Below are positions 1 to 9,454 of a DNA stretch of 64,000 nucleotides, piece by piece. Position 1 is the stretch's first letter. Every line of letters begins with the position of its first letter. This DNA is from an uncultured Bacilli bacterium (lineage in GTDB: Bacteria > Bacillota_I > Bacilli_A > RF39 > UBA660). The notes under the pieces are model-generated. The model made no database searches, was not told where the DNA came from, and saw only the letters and a program-made list of their open reading frames with translations. A program made the position numbers and the translations under genes. The DNA lies in the NCBI GenBank assembly GCA_944371995.1, contig CALVYD010000004.1:11077-75076 (forward strand), read 5' to 3'.

Positions 1-52
1 CACAGGATAGTTGTGGTATTATTATTGATAGAAGTATATAATAAGGTGGTGT

Positions 53-1378
53 GTGATGATGCATGAGGAAAGGCAAGTAATTTTTAGTAAGGGAAAGGTT
101 TCTACATATAACGGGATGTCTGATCTTTATTGTGATTATGTTACGATTACGACTGGTAATAGTCAGCAAATATATTATTTATTAAACAATAAAAAATTAG
201 ATAATGATCTTTTAGTTGCCTCTCCTATTTTAAAAGAAGCGATTGATCCAGATATTCAAAAAACATCTCTTGGTCTTATTAATAAACAAGGAGATATTAT
301 TATTCCTTTTGAAAATCGAGATATTAGAGTTTTTGATAAATATTTATTAGTTATTCGCAGTGAAGCGAAATCTCAAAGCGTACTTAATGCTATTCGTTCT
401 CGTAATGATCCTACTGCTGCTGAGAGAATGGTAGATACTAATTCTAATATTAAAGAAAAATTGAATAAGGAAATGAATAATCAAGGCAAGTTTCTTTTAA
501 ATGATATTTTTTCCGAGGGAACACTTTATACTTTGGATGGTCGTAATATATTAGATAATCAATATTATAGTTTTATTGGAATGACAGATGATTCTTTCTT
601 CTGTAGTACTAATGTATCTGATTCTAAAGTTGTAGAAGTTCCTCGTAACGCACCTTTTTCTTTAGAGAATTCTGCTCCTATTGTAGAGGCGATGCCAGTT
701 GAAAAGCCTCCTTTGGAAATTCCTAAAGAGGAGGGTAGTTCTTCTAAGTTAGATATTTCTAATGTAAATGTTTCTAAGAAAGACATTGATTCTATATTGG
801 AGTCTAAACCTGCTGGTTCACTTGATTCTAATGCTATTGATAATAAAGCAAAAGCAGTTACTGATACGAAGATAGTTATTCCTACTATTTCATCTAATTC
901 TGTTTTTGAAGAAGAGAAGAAAGAATCTAGTCCTATCAAACCTGTTTTAGATATTCCTTCTGTTTCTTTACCAGAAGTTAAACCAGAACCTATTTTCTCA
1001 GCAGAGGATAAATCTGTTAGTGTTTCAAAACCTAAGTCAGTTTCTAAAACTTCAGATTTGAAGGAGAATACTAAAGATGAATCTTTTGGCGATGTAGTTT
1101 CTGCTGTTACTAAATTGGTTCAAGAGAATAATAAATTACAGCAAGAAGTAAATAAGAAAGATTCTACTATTCTTTCACTACAAGATAAGCTTCGTACTAT
1201 GACAAATCAACAACAGGAAATTAATGATTTAGAAGAAGAAAATAAACAATTACATGAAGTTAATGGACAATTACAACGTAAAGTCGATCAATTACAAGAA
1301 GGTTGGAGACAAGTACGAGATGCTTTAGAGGCACCTTCTTCTTATGGAGAGACTGTAGGATATCAAAAAGTTGCATAA
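53..1378 (+). CDS. Hypothetical protein: N-terminal WG-repeat-like segment, low-complexity S/P/E/K linker, C-terminal coiled coil
   Basis: 441-aa ORF with AAGGTGG RBS; GLINKQGDIIIPFE resembles WG repeats; heptad-rich C-terminus; terminator follows. Confidence 0.6.
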   Translation: MMMHEERQVIFSKGKVSTYNGMSDLYCDYVTITTGNSQQIYYLLNNKKLDNDLLVASPILKEAIDPDIQKTSLGLINKQGDIIIPFENRDIRVFDKYLLVIRSEAKSQSVLNAIRSRNDPTAAERMVDTNSNIKEKLNKEMNNQGKFLLNDIFSEGTLYTLDGRNILDNQYYSFIGMTDDSFFCSTNVSDSKVVEVPRNAPFSLENSAPIVEAMPVEKPPLEIPKEEGSSSKLDISNVNVSKKDIDSILESKPAGSLDSNAIDNKAKAVTDTKIVIPTISSNSVFEEEKKESSPIKPVLDIPSVSLPEVKPEPIFSAEDKSVSVSKPKSVSKTSDLKENTKDESFGDVVSAVTKLVQENNKLQQEVNKKDSTILSLQDKLRTMTNQQQEINDLEEENKQLHEVNGQLQRKVDQLQEGWRQVRDALEAPSSYGETVGYQKVA

Positions 1379-1390
1379 ATTAATGATTTA

Positions 1391-1413
1391 AAGGACACTA
1401 AGGTGTCTTTTTT
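1391..1413 (+). terminator. Rho-independent terminator
   Basis: AAGGACAC-TAAG-GTGTCTTT hairpin followed by T-run. Confidence 0.75.
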
Positions 1414-1500
1414 TAAATTTTCTATATAAACTAAGGCAAATTCATTTTACTTAATTTTAAAACTCTCATAAAATATTATAAGTTTAAGGGAGGTATTATT

Positions 1501-2694
1501 ATGTATGATGATTTTCCTATTCTTCATAATAAGAATATTATTTATTTTGATAATGCTGCTACTACGTTGAAACCAGGAAGAGTTATTCAGGCAATGAATG
1601 ATTATTTAAATTATTATACCTCTAATATTCATCGTGGTCTTTATACTAATGCGATTGTTACTGATTATTTATATGATTCTACTAGGGAAGTAGTAAAAGA
1701 GTTTATTCATTGTAATAGTCCTAAAGAAGTTATTTTTACTAGTGGAACTACACATTCTATTAATTTGATGGTATTTGGTTATATGAAATATCATTTGCAA
1801 GCGGGAGATGAGGTTTTATTGTCTAAGGCAGAGCATGCCTCTAACATTTTACCCTGGCTTAGATTAGCTGAAGAGATTGGAATCGTAGTTCGTTATATTC
1901 CGTTAAGTGATGATTATTCTTTGGCTTATGAGAATGTTGTTTTATCGATTACGGAAAAGACTAAGGTAATTTCTTTGGCACAGGTTACCAATGTTATTGG
2001 TGATTGTCGTGATATTGAAAAAATCGGTAAACTTTGTTCTTCTAAAGGCATTTTGTTTCATGTAGATGGTGCGCAAAGTGTCCCTCATATGAAAGTTGAT
2101 TTTCAAGCTTCTTATATTGATTTTTTAAGCTTTTCTGGTCATAAAATGTGTGGTCCTACTGGTGTTGGTGTTTTGGTTGCTAGAGAAGCGTTGTTAAAAG
2201 AGATGGTACCTGTTTTCTACGGTGGTGGTATGAATCTTTCTTTCGATAGTACAGGTAAGTATCAATTGGTTGATTATCCTAGTTTGTTTGAAGCAGGTAC
2301 TCCACCTATTTTAGAAGTGCTTGGACTAAAAAGTGCTATTGAATATTTGAGGGAAATTGGTATGGATAAAATTCAGGATTATGAAAGTGAATTGAAAAAG
2401 TATTTACTCTCAAAGTTAGAAACAGTACCTGATATTGTTTTATATAATCGTGATTCTAGTAGTGGTATTTTAGTATTTAATATTCGTGGTGTTTCTAGTG
2501 CAGATGTTAGTAAATATTTAAACTCTTTTCATATCTGTGTTAGAGCAGGTAGTCATTGTAGTAAGATGCTAAAGGAAAATATGGATATTTCTTCTACGGT
2601 AAGAGTTAGTTTGTATTTTTATAATACCAAAGAGGAAATTGATTATTTTATATCTGTACTTCAAAGATGTAGAAATGTTTTTCATGTTGTTTAA
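1501..2694 (+). CDS. sufS: Cysteine desulfurase, SufS/Csd (group II) family
   Basis: YFDNAATT, DGAQ, SGHKMCGPTG (PLP Lys) and RAGSHC catalytic-Cys motifs. Confidence 0.85.
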   Translation: MYDDFPILHNKNIIYFDNAATTLKPGRVIQAMNDYLNYYTSNIHRGLYTNAIVTDYLYDSTREVVKEFIHCNSPKEVIFTSGTTHSINLMVFGYMKYHLQAGDEVLLSKAEHASNILPWLRLAEEIGIVVRYIPLSDDYSLAYENVVLSITEKTKVISLAQVTNVIGDCRDIEKIGKLCSSKGILFHVDGAQSVPHMKVDFQASYIDFLSFSGHKMCGPTGVGVLVAREALLKEMVPVFYGGGMNLSFDSTGKYQLVDYPSLFEAGTPPILEVLGLKSAIEYLREIGMDKIQDYESELKKYLLSKLETVPDIVLYNRDSSSGILVFNIRGVSSADVSKYLNSFHICVRAGSHCSKMLKENMDISSTVRVSLYFYNTKEEIDYFISVLQRCRNVFHVV

Positions 2695-2845
2695 AGTTGA
2701 TTATTAGAAAGAGTTATTGTTTTAAAAAGAGAAAATTCTTTTGAAGTTTTCTCTTTTTTTATGTTTTTTTGTCTTTCTTTTACTAAATTGTTCATTTGTT
2801 TTTTTATACTCTTTTTTTTATGATGTTGTTGAAAGGAGGTGAGAT

Positions 2846-3181
2846 ATGTTAAATCAGGTGGTTTTGGTTGGTAGAATTGTTTATGATTTAGAGTTAAAAA
2901 AGAATGATTCTGGTAAAAAATACTTGTCTTTGGTGTTGGCTATTCCTAGAAGTTTTAAAAATATAGAAGGTACTTATGATACGGATTTTATTCGGTGTAT
3001 TGTTTGGGATAATGTAGCATCTAATACAAGTGAATATTGTAAGAAAGGAGATATTGTCGGATTAAAGGGTCGCTTACAGTCTAGGATAGTTGAAAAAAAT
3101 GAGAAGAGGGAAAATATTATGGAGGTGATAGGAGAAAAAGTTACTTTTTTAACTTCTTCTAAAGAAAAGGAGGAAAATTAA
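2846..3181 (+). CDS. ssb: Single-stranded DNA-binding protein, short SsbB-like
   Basis: MLNQVVLVGR...TDFIRC..W...KKGD.VG..GRLQSR OB-fold motifs; no DDDLPF tail. Confidence 0.9.
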   Translation: MLNQVVLVGRIVYDLELKKNDSGKKYLSLVLAIPRSFKNIEGTYDTDFIRCIVWDNVASNTSEYCKKGDIVGLKGRLQSRIVEKNEKRENIMEVIGEKVTFLTSSKEKEEN

Positions 3182-3253
3182 TGTTTTTCTTTCTTTTTTT
3201 AGTCCGAAATTTTGTTTAAAACTAAGATGGATTTATTAGTGGATAAATTCCTT

Positions 3254-3373
3254 GTTATCATATAGTGTTTGAACTATTACAGAAATATATGATAGAATTG
3301 AAAAGAACACAAGGAAGCTTACTATCTGTTAAGCAATTGCGAAGTAAGAATTAAATGCTTCTTTCTTTTGTTT
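3254..3373 (+). mobile_element. Short remnant of an IS200/IS605 tnpB 3' end and right-end region
   Basis: 3254-3302 aligns at about 38/49 nt with the tnpB tail at 47243-47291; shares TCTGTTAAGCAATnnCGAAGTAAG with 47336-47359. Confidence 0.6.
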
Positions 3374-3406
3374 TATAAAATTGTTATTTTAGATTAGAGG
3401 GATTAT

Positions 3407-4288
3407 ATGGAAAAGATACAAATAACAGAAGATATTCTTAAGAGACTAAATTGTATTCATGCGAATGAAAATATGTTATTTAGAATGTCTAATGGAGATA
3501 TTCTTAAGATTTTATCGCCTAGTTATATTGCTGCTTTTAATCAGTGTACTGGTAATTGTATGGAAGATAAAATTTTGAATGCAAAAGAGGTTTCTGGTGT
3601 TTTAGAAATTATAGTTCCTAAAAGTGCTATGTATTTTGGAAATCGTTTTATTGGTTATACAATGGAAGGTGCTGTAGGTCAAAGCTATCTTGACTATACT
3701 AAAAATTTCACAATAGATAAACAAGAAGATCTATATAATTATGCCGAAATGTATTCTGCTATTGAAAAACCGGTTCGTAAAGCTCGTAATGTTGTATTTC
3801 CTGATCTTTGTACTTGCGATAATATTTTTATTTCTCAAAATAGTGAAGGATACCGTGTACAGTTTATAGATTATGATGGTCTTCAGGTTGGTGATCAAAG
3901 GAGTTTTTGTATTTCTAGTGCTTTAGGAGAGCCAAGGGATTTTGCTAATAAAAAATATCTAGATCATAATATGCTTTTTACTAAAGAACTTGATAAGAAA
4001 AGTTTAATTCACCTATATTTTTTATCTGCTTTTCATATTGACTTAACGCAAGTCAATAAATTTCATCCAGAAATTAATGGATATGTTACTTTAGATGATG
4101 TTTTTTCTTCTATTCATTTAGATGATTGGGATGTTATGGATAAGGTGTATAAGGCAATGCAAGATAAAGGTACTAATGAGTATTTAGGTGATGATGTATT
4201 TCGATTGGCTGATACCTATCAAATGCATGTTTTTTGTGTTCCTGGAAGGACAGGGCATTATTTAAAAGTACTAGAGAAAAAGAGATAA
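3407..4288 (+). CDS. Orphan protein-kinase-like fold protein
   Basis: ILKIL, IGYTME, PDLCTCDNIFI (catalytic-loop-like) and FIDYDG (DFG-like) motifs in the expected order. Confidence 0.6.
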   Translation: MEKIQITEDILKRLNCIHANENMLFRMSNGDILKILSPSYIAAFNQCTGNCMEDKILNAKEVSGVLEIIVPKSAMYFGNRFIGYTMEGAVGQSYLDYTKNFTIDKQEDLYNYAEMYSAIEKPVRKARNVVFPDLCTCDNIFISQNSEGYRVQFIDYDGLQVGDQRSFCISSALGEPRDFANKKYLDHNMLFTKELDKKSLIHLYFLSAFHIDLTQVNKFHPEINGYVTLDDVFSSIHLDDWDVMDKVYKAMQDKGTNEYLGDDVFRLADTYQMHVFCVPGRTGHYLKVLEKKR

Positions 4289-4351
4289 TTGGAAAAATAC
4301 TAGAATTAGTATTTTTTTTTTGATATTATTAATATTAAGGTAGGGATAGTT

Positions 4352-4753
4352 ATGGAAATTATTTATTATGATAATCAATATTTAGAGTCTTTAAATGAAC
4401 TTTTATATGAGTCTTTTAAGGTGACTAAAACAGGTAATAAAGCTTCTTCTGATATAGAATTGATAGCGGTTATTGATAATAAAGTTGTTGGATATTTAGT
4501 ATTAAATAAGTTAGTTGATCCAGTTAAAAATCTAACTTACTTTTATGTTAATTACGTTTGTACGCATCCTGAGTTTCGTAATCAGCATATTGCGACTTCG
4601 ATGTTTGAAAAGGTATTTTCTATTTGTAGAAAGGAACAAATTTCATATTTAGAATTAACTTCTAATCCTTCTAGAGTTGCTGCTCATCATTTGTATCAAA
4701 AACTAGGATTTCAAGTTCGTGAAACTACGGTGTTTCGAAAGGAGATTTTATGA
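4352..4753 (+). CDS. GNAT family N-acetyltransferase
   Basis: VCTHPEFRNQHIA motif A; AHHLYQKLGF motif B. Confidence 0.9.
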   Translation: MEIIYYDNQYLESLNELLYESFKVTKTGNKASSDIELIAVIDNKVVGYLVLNKLVDPVKNLTYFYVNYVCTHPEFRNQHIATSMFEKVFSICRKEQISYLELTSNPSRVAAHHLYQKLGFQVRETTVFRKEIL

Positions 4754-5976
4754 TAGTTGATATTATTAATAAGAAAAGAAATGGTCAAGAATTAAGTTAT
4801 CATGAGTTAGATGTTTTCTTTAACGGTTATTTAGATGGTAAAGTAAAAGATTATCAAATGTCTAGTTTACTTATGGCTATTTGTATCCAAGGAATGAGTG
4901 ATGAAGAGATTTTTTCTTTAACTAAAATATTTATTGATAGTGGAGATGTTCTAGATTTGAGTTTTCTTCCTGGAGTTACTGTAGATAAACATTCTACTGG
5001 AGGAATAGGGGATAAAACTACTTTGGTTATTGCTCCAATTGTTGCGAGTTTAGGTATTCCAGTTTTAAAAATGAGTGGTAGAGGATTAGGATATACGGGT
5101 GGTACGATTGATAAATTAGAAAGTATTCCTGGTTTTCGTATTGATTTATCTGATGAGGAAGTTATGCATCAAGTGGAAGATATTGGCATTGTTATTACGG
5201 GTCAGACCGCTAGTCTTGCTCCTATGGATAAGAAGATATATGCTTTGCGTGATGTTACAGGAACAGTGTCTTCTATTCCTTTAATTGCATCTAGTATCAT
5301 GAGTAAAAAAATAGCAGCTGGTGCTGATAAGATATTAATTGACATTAAAGTTGGTAATGGTGCTTTATTACAAACGAGAGAAGAAGCTGAGAAGTTAAGC
5401 GAATTAGTTATTAAGATTGGTAAAATTTATCAAAAAGAAGTACGAACTATTGTTAGTGATATGAATATTCCTTTAGGATATTGTATTGGTAATAGTTTGG
5501 AAGTCTTGGAAGCTATTAAAATTTTACAAGGTAATGAGCGTGATAATAATTTAACGAAGTTATGTATAGATCTTGCTAGTGAAATGGTTTGTATGTCTAA
5601 AGGCGTTACTAAACAAGATGCTATTGATATGATTTTAGATTCTATTCAATCTGGTATTGCTTATCAGAAATTTTTAGAACTAGTTCAAGCACAACATGGA
5701 AATATTGATTTACTTTCTACTAGTAAAAAAGTTAAAATAATCAAGGCTTCTCAATCTGGTGTTATTCAGAGTATTTCTGCAATTGAACTTGGAAAGTTAT
5801 CGGTATCCTTAGGTGCAGGACGTACGACTATGGAGGATACGATTGATTATGGTGTTGGACTAGAACTTCTAAAACAAGTTGGTGATTCTGTTCAAAAAGG
5901 GCAGGAAATACTTAAAATTTATTATCGAAAATTACCTAGTTTACCAGACTTTAATCACATTTTTTTAATAAAGTAA
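4750..5976 (+). CDS. pdp: Pyrimidine-nucleoside (thymidine) phosphorylase
   Basis: DKHSTGGIGDK, KMSGRGLGYTGGTIDKLESIPG, SIMSKKIAAG. Confidence 0.95.
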   Translation: MIVDIINKKRNGQELSYHELDVFFNGYLDGKVKDYQMSSLLMAICIQGMSDEEIFSLTKIFIDSGDVLDLSFLPGVTVDKHSTGGIGDKTTLVIAPIVASLGIPVLKMSGRGLGYTGGTIDKLESIPGFRIDLSDEEVMHQVEDIGIVITGQTASLAPMDKKIYALRDVTGTVSSIPLIASSIMSKKIAAGADKILIDIKVGNGALLQTREEAEKLSELVIKIGKIYQKEVRTIVSDMNIPLGYCIGNSLEVLEAIKILQGNERDNNLTKLCIDLASEMVCMSKGVTKQDAIDMILDSIQSGIAYQKFLELVQAQHGNIDLLSTSKKVKIIKASQSGVIQSISAIELGKLSVSLGAGRTTMEDTIDYGVGLELLKQVGDSVQKGQEILKIYYRKLPSLPDFNHIFLIK

Positions 5977-6034
5977 AAAAAAAGATTGAAAAATAGAAAA
6001 CTATGTTATAATAATAATATGAAGGCGGTGTATT

Positions 6035-7255
6035 ATGGAGAAAATTTATATGAATAAGAATAATGATGGTAAACAACAATCTACTTTTCAACAAGTTTTT
6101 AAATCGCAGTTATCTAAGAAAATGTCTATCACCATGGCTTTGGTAGCTTTCTTTTCATTTTTATTGATTGGTATAGGCAATGTTTCTTATGCTGCTCCTG
6201 TTGAGATTCCAAAGGATGATTTAGGAGATAGTATTGTTACACAAACATCCAATGTACAAGTTATTGGTGCTTCTACTCCAACTTTTTCTGTACAGATGTA
6301 TTATACTACAGTAAATGGACAATCTCTTCCAATTTTCTGTTTAGAGAGAGATGTTGATTTCATAGCAGGAGAAACATTAACAAAGTCAGGTAGTATTGAT
6401 GATCAAGGATTGCTATATGTAATGGCTAATTCTTTTCCTCATGTTAAGTTTGTAGATTCTTCTGGTAATCAATTTCCAGATGAAGTTCAAACATGGATTA
6501 CTCAAGCAGCTATTTGGGAATATTTAAATGGTTCTAATTTAAATGTTAGCGATGACAAACATAATTTAGAGCAAATGAAGACGGTTAGAGAACTTTATTA
6601 TGGAGATAGTCCTAATACTAAATATTGTGATGTAGATGGTTGCTATGATTCAGAAGTGCAAGTTGATTCTACTGAAACATTTTATCAAAAATATATTGCA
6701 GAGTTAGTTACAAATGCTAAACAAGCTGGTGTTACTACTAGTGGTGTTATGCAGATGAGTAAACAAAACAATGATATATCAATTACTGATGATGAAAAAT
6801 ATTATCAGTCATCAGAAATAACTGTTTCTAATACTGCACCAAATAATATTTTAGAATTCTCTGTTTCTATTGAAGATGCTCCTGAAGGAACAATTTTAGT
6901 AGATGAAAACGGACAAGAAGTTGAAAGTACTAAAAACTTATCTAAGTTTTATGTAAGAGTTCCTGTTGATAAAGTTACTGAAGATAATAAGACAGTTAAA
7001 TTGAAAGCAACTGGAACATTTAGAGGATATGATGGTTATTACTATCGTGCTGATGGTGCACAAACAGTTAGTACAGTATTTACTACAGATGTTAAAAATG
7101 ATACTGGTTTAGAGTTTACACTTAATTATACTCCAGAAGTACCTTCTACTGGTATGAATATGGCACAGTCAGTATACTTTATTGGTTTAATTGTGTTACT
7201 ATGTGGAGTGGGTATTATTTATGCAAATGCCAAACCAAAATCACAACAACAATAA
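6035..7255 (+). CDS. Sortase-anchored surface protein with Cys-Gln thioester domain (TED)
   Basis: Signal peptide; IFCLE and TQAAIW (TQxxhW) TED motifs; C-terminal VPSTG, TM helix and basic tail; adjacent to a sortase. Confidence 0.8.
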   Translation: MEKIYMNKNNDGKQQSTFQQVFKSQLSKKMSITMALVAFFSFLLIGIGNVSYAAPVEIPKDDLGDSIVTQTSNVQVIGASTPTFSVQMYYTTVNGQSLPIFCLERDVDFIAGETLTKSGSIDDQGLLYVMANSFPHVKFVDSSGNQFPDEVQTWITQAAIWEYLNGSNLNVSDDKHNLEQMKTVRELYYGDSPNTKYCDVDGCYDSEVQVDSTETFYQKYIAELVTNAKQAGVTTSGVMQMSKQNNDISITDDEKYYQSSEITVSNTAPNNILEFSVSIEDAPEGTILVDENGQEVESTKNLSKFYVRVPVDKVTEDNKTVKLKATGTFRGYDGYYYRADGAQTVSTVFTTDVKNDTGLEFTLNYTPEVPSTGMNMAQSVYFIGLIVLLCGVGIIYANAKPKSQQQ

Positions 7256-7904
7256 AAATAGAAAACGTTTGAGAAAGAGTCAGTTGCTATTCATCGGCTC
7301 TTTCCTTGTATTTATAGGAATAATTACTATTTCTTATAATCATTTAGTTTTTTTAAAGGATCAAGTATTTGCTAATATGAAAATTGCTATGTTAGATTTG
7401 GGAAATGTTGCTCAGGATAAAATTCAAGATGAAATAGATATTCCAGAGGTAGAAAACGTTTCCGATGGCACTGTTTATCAACAGAACGATAAAGAAATTG
7501 ATTATAGCAGGTATGTTGGTGTTTTAGAGATTCCTAAAATAAGTTTAAAAAGAGGGTTTTATAATACTGATTCTAAATATAATAATATTGAGCAAAATGT
7601 ATCAATGATAACTGGTTCTTCTATGCCAGATGTTCCTAATGGAAATTTAATGTTAATGGCGCATTCTGGGGATGCTTATATTTCATTCTTTGCTTATTTG
7701 TATCGTTTAAAAATAGGAGATACTGCCTATATTACTTACCAAGGAAAAAGATATAAATATCAAATTGTTAATATTTATACTGTTCCTAAAACAGGTAAGG
7801 TGGCAGTTTATCGAGATTATAATAAAACTACATTAACTCTTATTACTTGTACTAAGAATGATGATACAACCCAGACTGTTTATATTGCTGAATTAGTATC
7901 TTAA
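7221..7904 (+). CDS. Sortase family protein
   Basis: N-terminal TM; LEIPKI, LMAHSG and TLITC motifs; start at 7221 inferred (track ORF begins 7191). Confidence 0.85.
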   Translation: MQMPNQNHNNNKNRKRLRKSQLLFIGSFLVFIGIITISYNHLVFLKDQVFANMKIAMLDLGNVAQDKIQDEIDIPEVENVSDGTVYQQNDKEIDYSRYVGVLEIPKISLKRGFYNTDSKYNNIEQNVSMITGSSMPDVPNGNLMLMAHSGDAYISFFAYLYRLKIGDTAYITYQGKRYKYQIVNIYTVPKTGKVAVYRDYNKTTLTLITCTKNDDTTQTVYIAELVS

Positions 7905-7910
7905 TAGGAG

Positions 7911-8510
7911 GTGTGGTCTATGGAGTTAAGTTTATTTGAAAAGATGAAAATAATTTTTGAATTATTATTTTCATCTTTTATGTTTATAGAACTATTTTTC
8001 TTATTCCTTCTATTATTTCTTTTGGTAGTTGTTAATATGAAAGTGAAAAATAAAGTTATACCTATTTTTCTAACTATATTTTTTGCTATTTCTGTTCTTG
8101 TCCTTGTTATCTATCATTTTTCTTATGTTGCTACTTGCCTTGATACTTTTATTATGAAAGTTATGGATTATTATTATTTTCCTTCTACTGTTGTCTTTTT
8201 CTTCTTGTTTATTGTTGCTATTTTGATTTTTATTTATACTATATTTAGTAAAAAGTTACTTACCTGGAAAAAGATATTTAATTATAGTTTTATGACTATC
8301 ATATTTTTACTTTTTTCTATGTTTGTAGGTACTGCTAATATTCAGAATATAGATTTATCTGATGTTGTTTCTTTATATCAAAATGATCAAATTTTATCTG
8401 TTGTACAACTTAGTAATTTAATTTTTCTGTGTTGGATAATAATTAGTTTCTTTTATCATTTATATATGTTTTTTAAGAGAAAGTTTGATAAAGAAAAGGT
8501 TGAGTTTTAA
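7911..8510 (+). CDS. Hypothetical integral membrane protein
   Basis: About 5 hydrophobic helices; AGGAGG RBS nearby. Confidence 0.7.
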   Translation: MWSMELSLFEKMKIIFELLFSSFMFIELFFLFLLLFLLVVVNMKVKNKVIPIFLTIFFAISVLVLVIYHFSYVATCLDTFIMKVMDYYYFPSTVVFFFLFIVAILIFIYTIFSKKLLTWKKIFNYSFMTIIFLLFSMFVGTANIQNIDLSDVVSLYQNDQILSVVQLSNLIFLCWIIISFFYHLYMFFKRKFDKEKVEF

Positions 8511-8524
8511 AGAGACTCAACCTT
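8496..8524. terminator. Bidirectional terminator between convergent genes
   Basis: AAGGTTGAGT...ACTCAACCTT inverted repeat. Confidence 0.7.
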
Positions 8525-9368
8525 ATTTTTTTGCTAAATATTCTTCTAATGTTAAATTATTTTTATAGATTTCTTCTGCAATTTCTTTTCCAACGTAACG
8601 ATAATGCCATGATTCATATTGGTATCCAGTAATATTTGTTTTATCTTCTGGAAATCTTAATATAAATCCATATTTGTAAGCATTTTGTTGCATCCAAGTA
8701 AATTCTTCTGTTTCTTCGAATGAAGTATATGGTATTACTCCATTATAGACATCTACCGCTAGTCCTGTTTGGTGTTCTGAGTATCCTGCTCTTGCTGAAT
8801 AGGTATCAGCTGCTTGTTTACCATCTGTTTCTACATAATTATTGTATAAGTTTACTTGATAGTCATAACTTCTATAGCTTGACATTGCTAGTATTGTCAT
8901 ATCATCTTCTTTTGCGTTCTGAGATAGTTCTTCAAAAGCATTTTTTGCTTCGCTTACTAACTGCATGCCACTTCTAGCGTAAGCAGTATCGATTGGTTCT
9001 AGATTTTCTGGTATATAATCTTGTGTTACATAATTATATTTATTTACTAAAATTAAATTTGTATTTAAATTTTCTGAAGGTTTTGTATTTGTATAATAAG
9101 GTTGGTCAATACCAATATTTACGTGTGTAATTACATCTTCTATTGATAGTGAATTGTTTTCTTTTTGATATGTTATATATCTTTCTTTATTTTCTTTTCT
9201 ATAGTAAGATATTTTTTTCATGTCTTCTATTAATTTTTCTTCTTTTGTTAATTCTTTTTTATTTTCATTTTCTTTAGGTAATACATATATTATTCCAACT
9301 CCTATGATTATGCATATTAGAAGTATTAGTATTACTTTAGGACCTTTTTTCATTTTTCTTTTTTTCAT
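8523..9368 (-). CDS. M15B zinc carboxypeptidase (VanY/LdcB-like), membrane-anchored
   Basis: SSYRS, SEHQTGLAVD and ESWHYRYVG motifs; N-terminal TM. Confidence 0.9.
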   Translation of the reverse strand: MKKRKMKKGPKVILILLICIIIGVGIIYVLPKENENKKELTKEEKLIEDMKKISYYRKENKERYITYQKENNSLSIEDVITHVNIGIDQPYYTNTKPSENLNTNLILVNKYNYVTQDYIPENLEPIDTAYARSGMQLVSEAKNAFEELSQNAKEDDMTILAMSSYRSYDYQVNLYNNYVETDGKQAADTYSARAGYSEHQTGLAVDVYNGVIPYTSFEETEEFTWMQQNAYKYGFILRFPEDKTNITGYQYESWHYRYVGKEIAEEIYKNNLTLEEYLAKK

Positions 9369-9454
9369 ATTATCACCTACTTTCATCATATCATTCTTTT
9401 TTTTATTTATGTATATTTTTTTTCATCTTTACATAAAAAATAATGGAGGTATTT

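Noticed and set aside
9411-9442. SigF/SigG promoter upstream of dacF
   Set aside because: GTATA is present but the -10 match and spacing are too weak to call in AT-rich DNA
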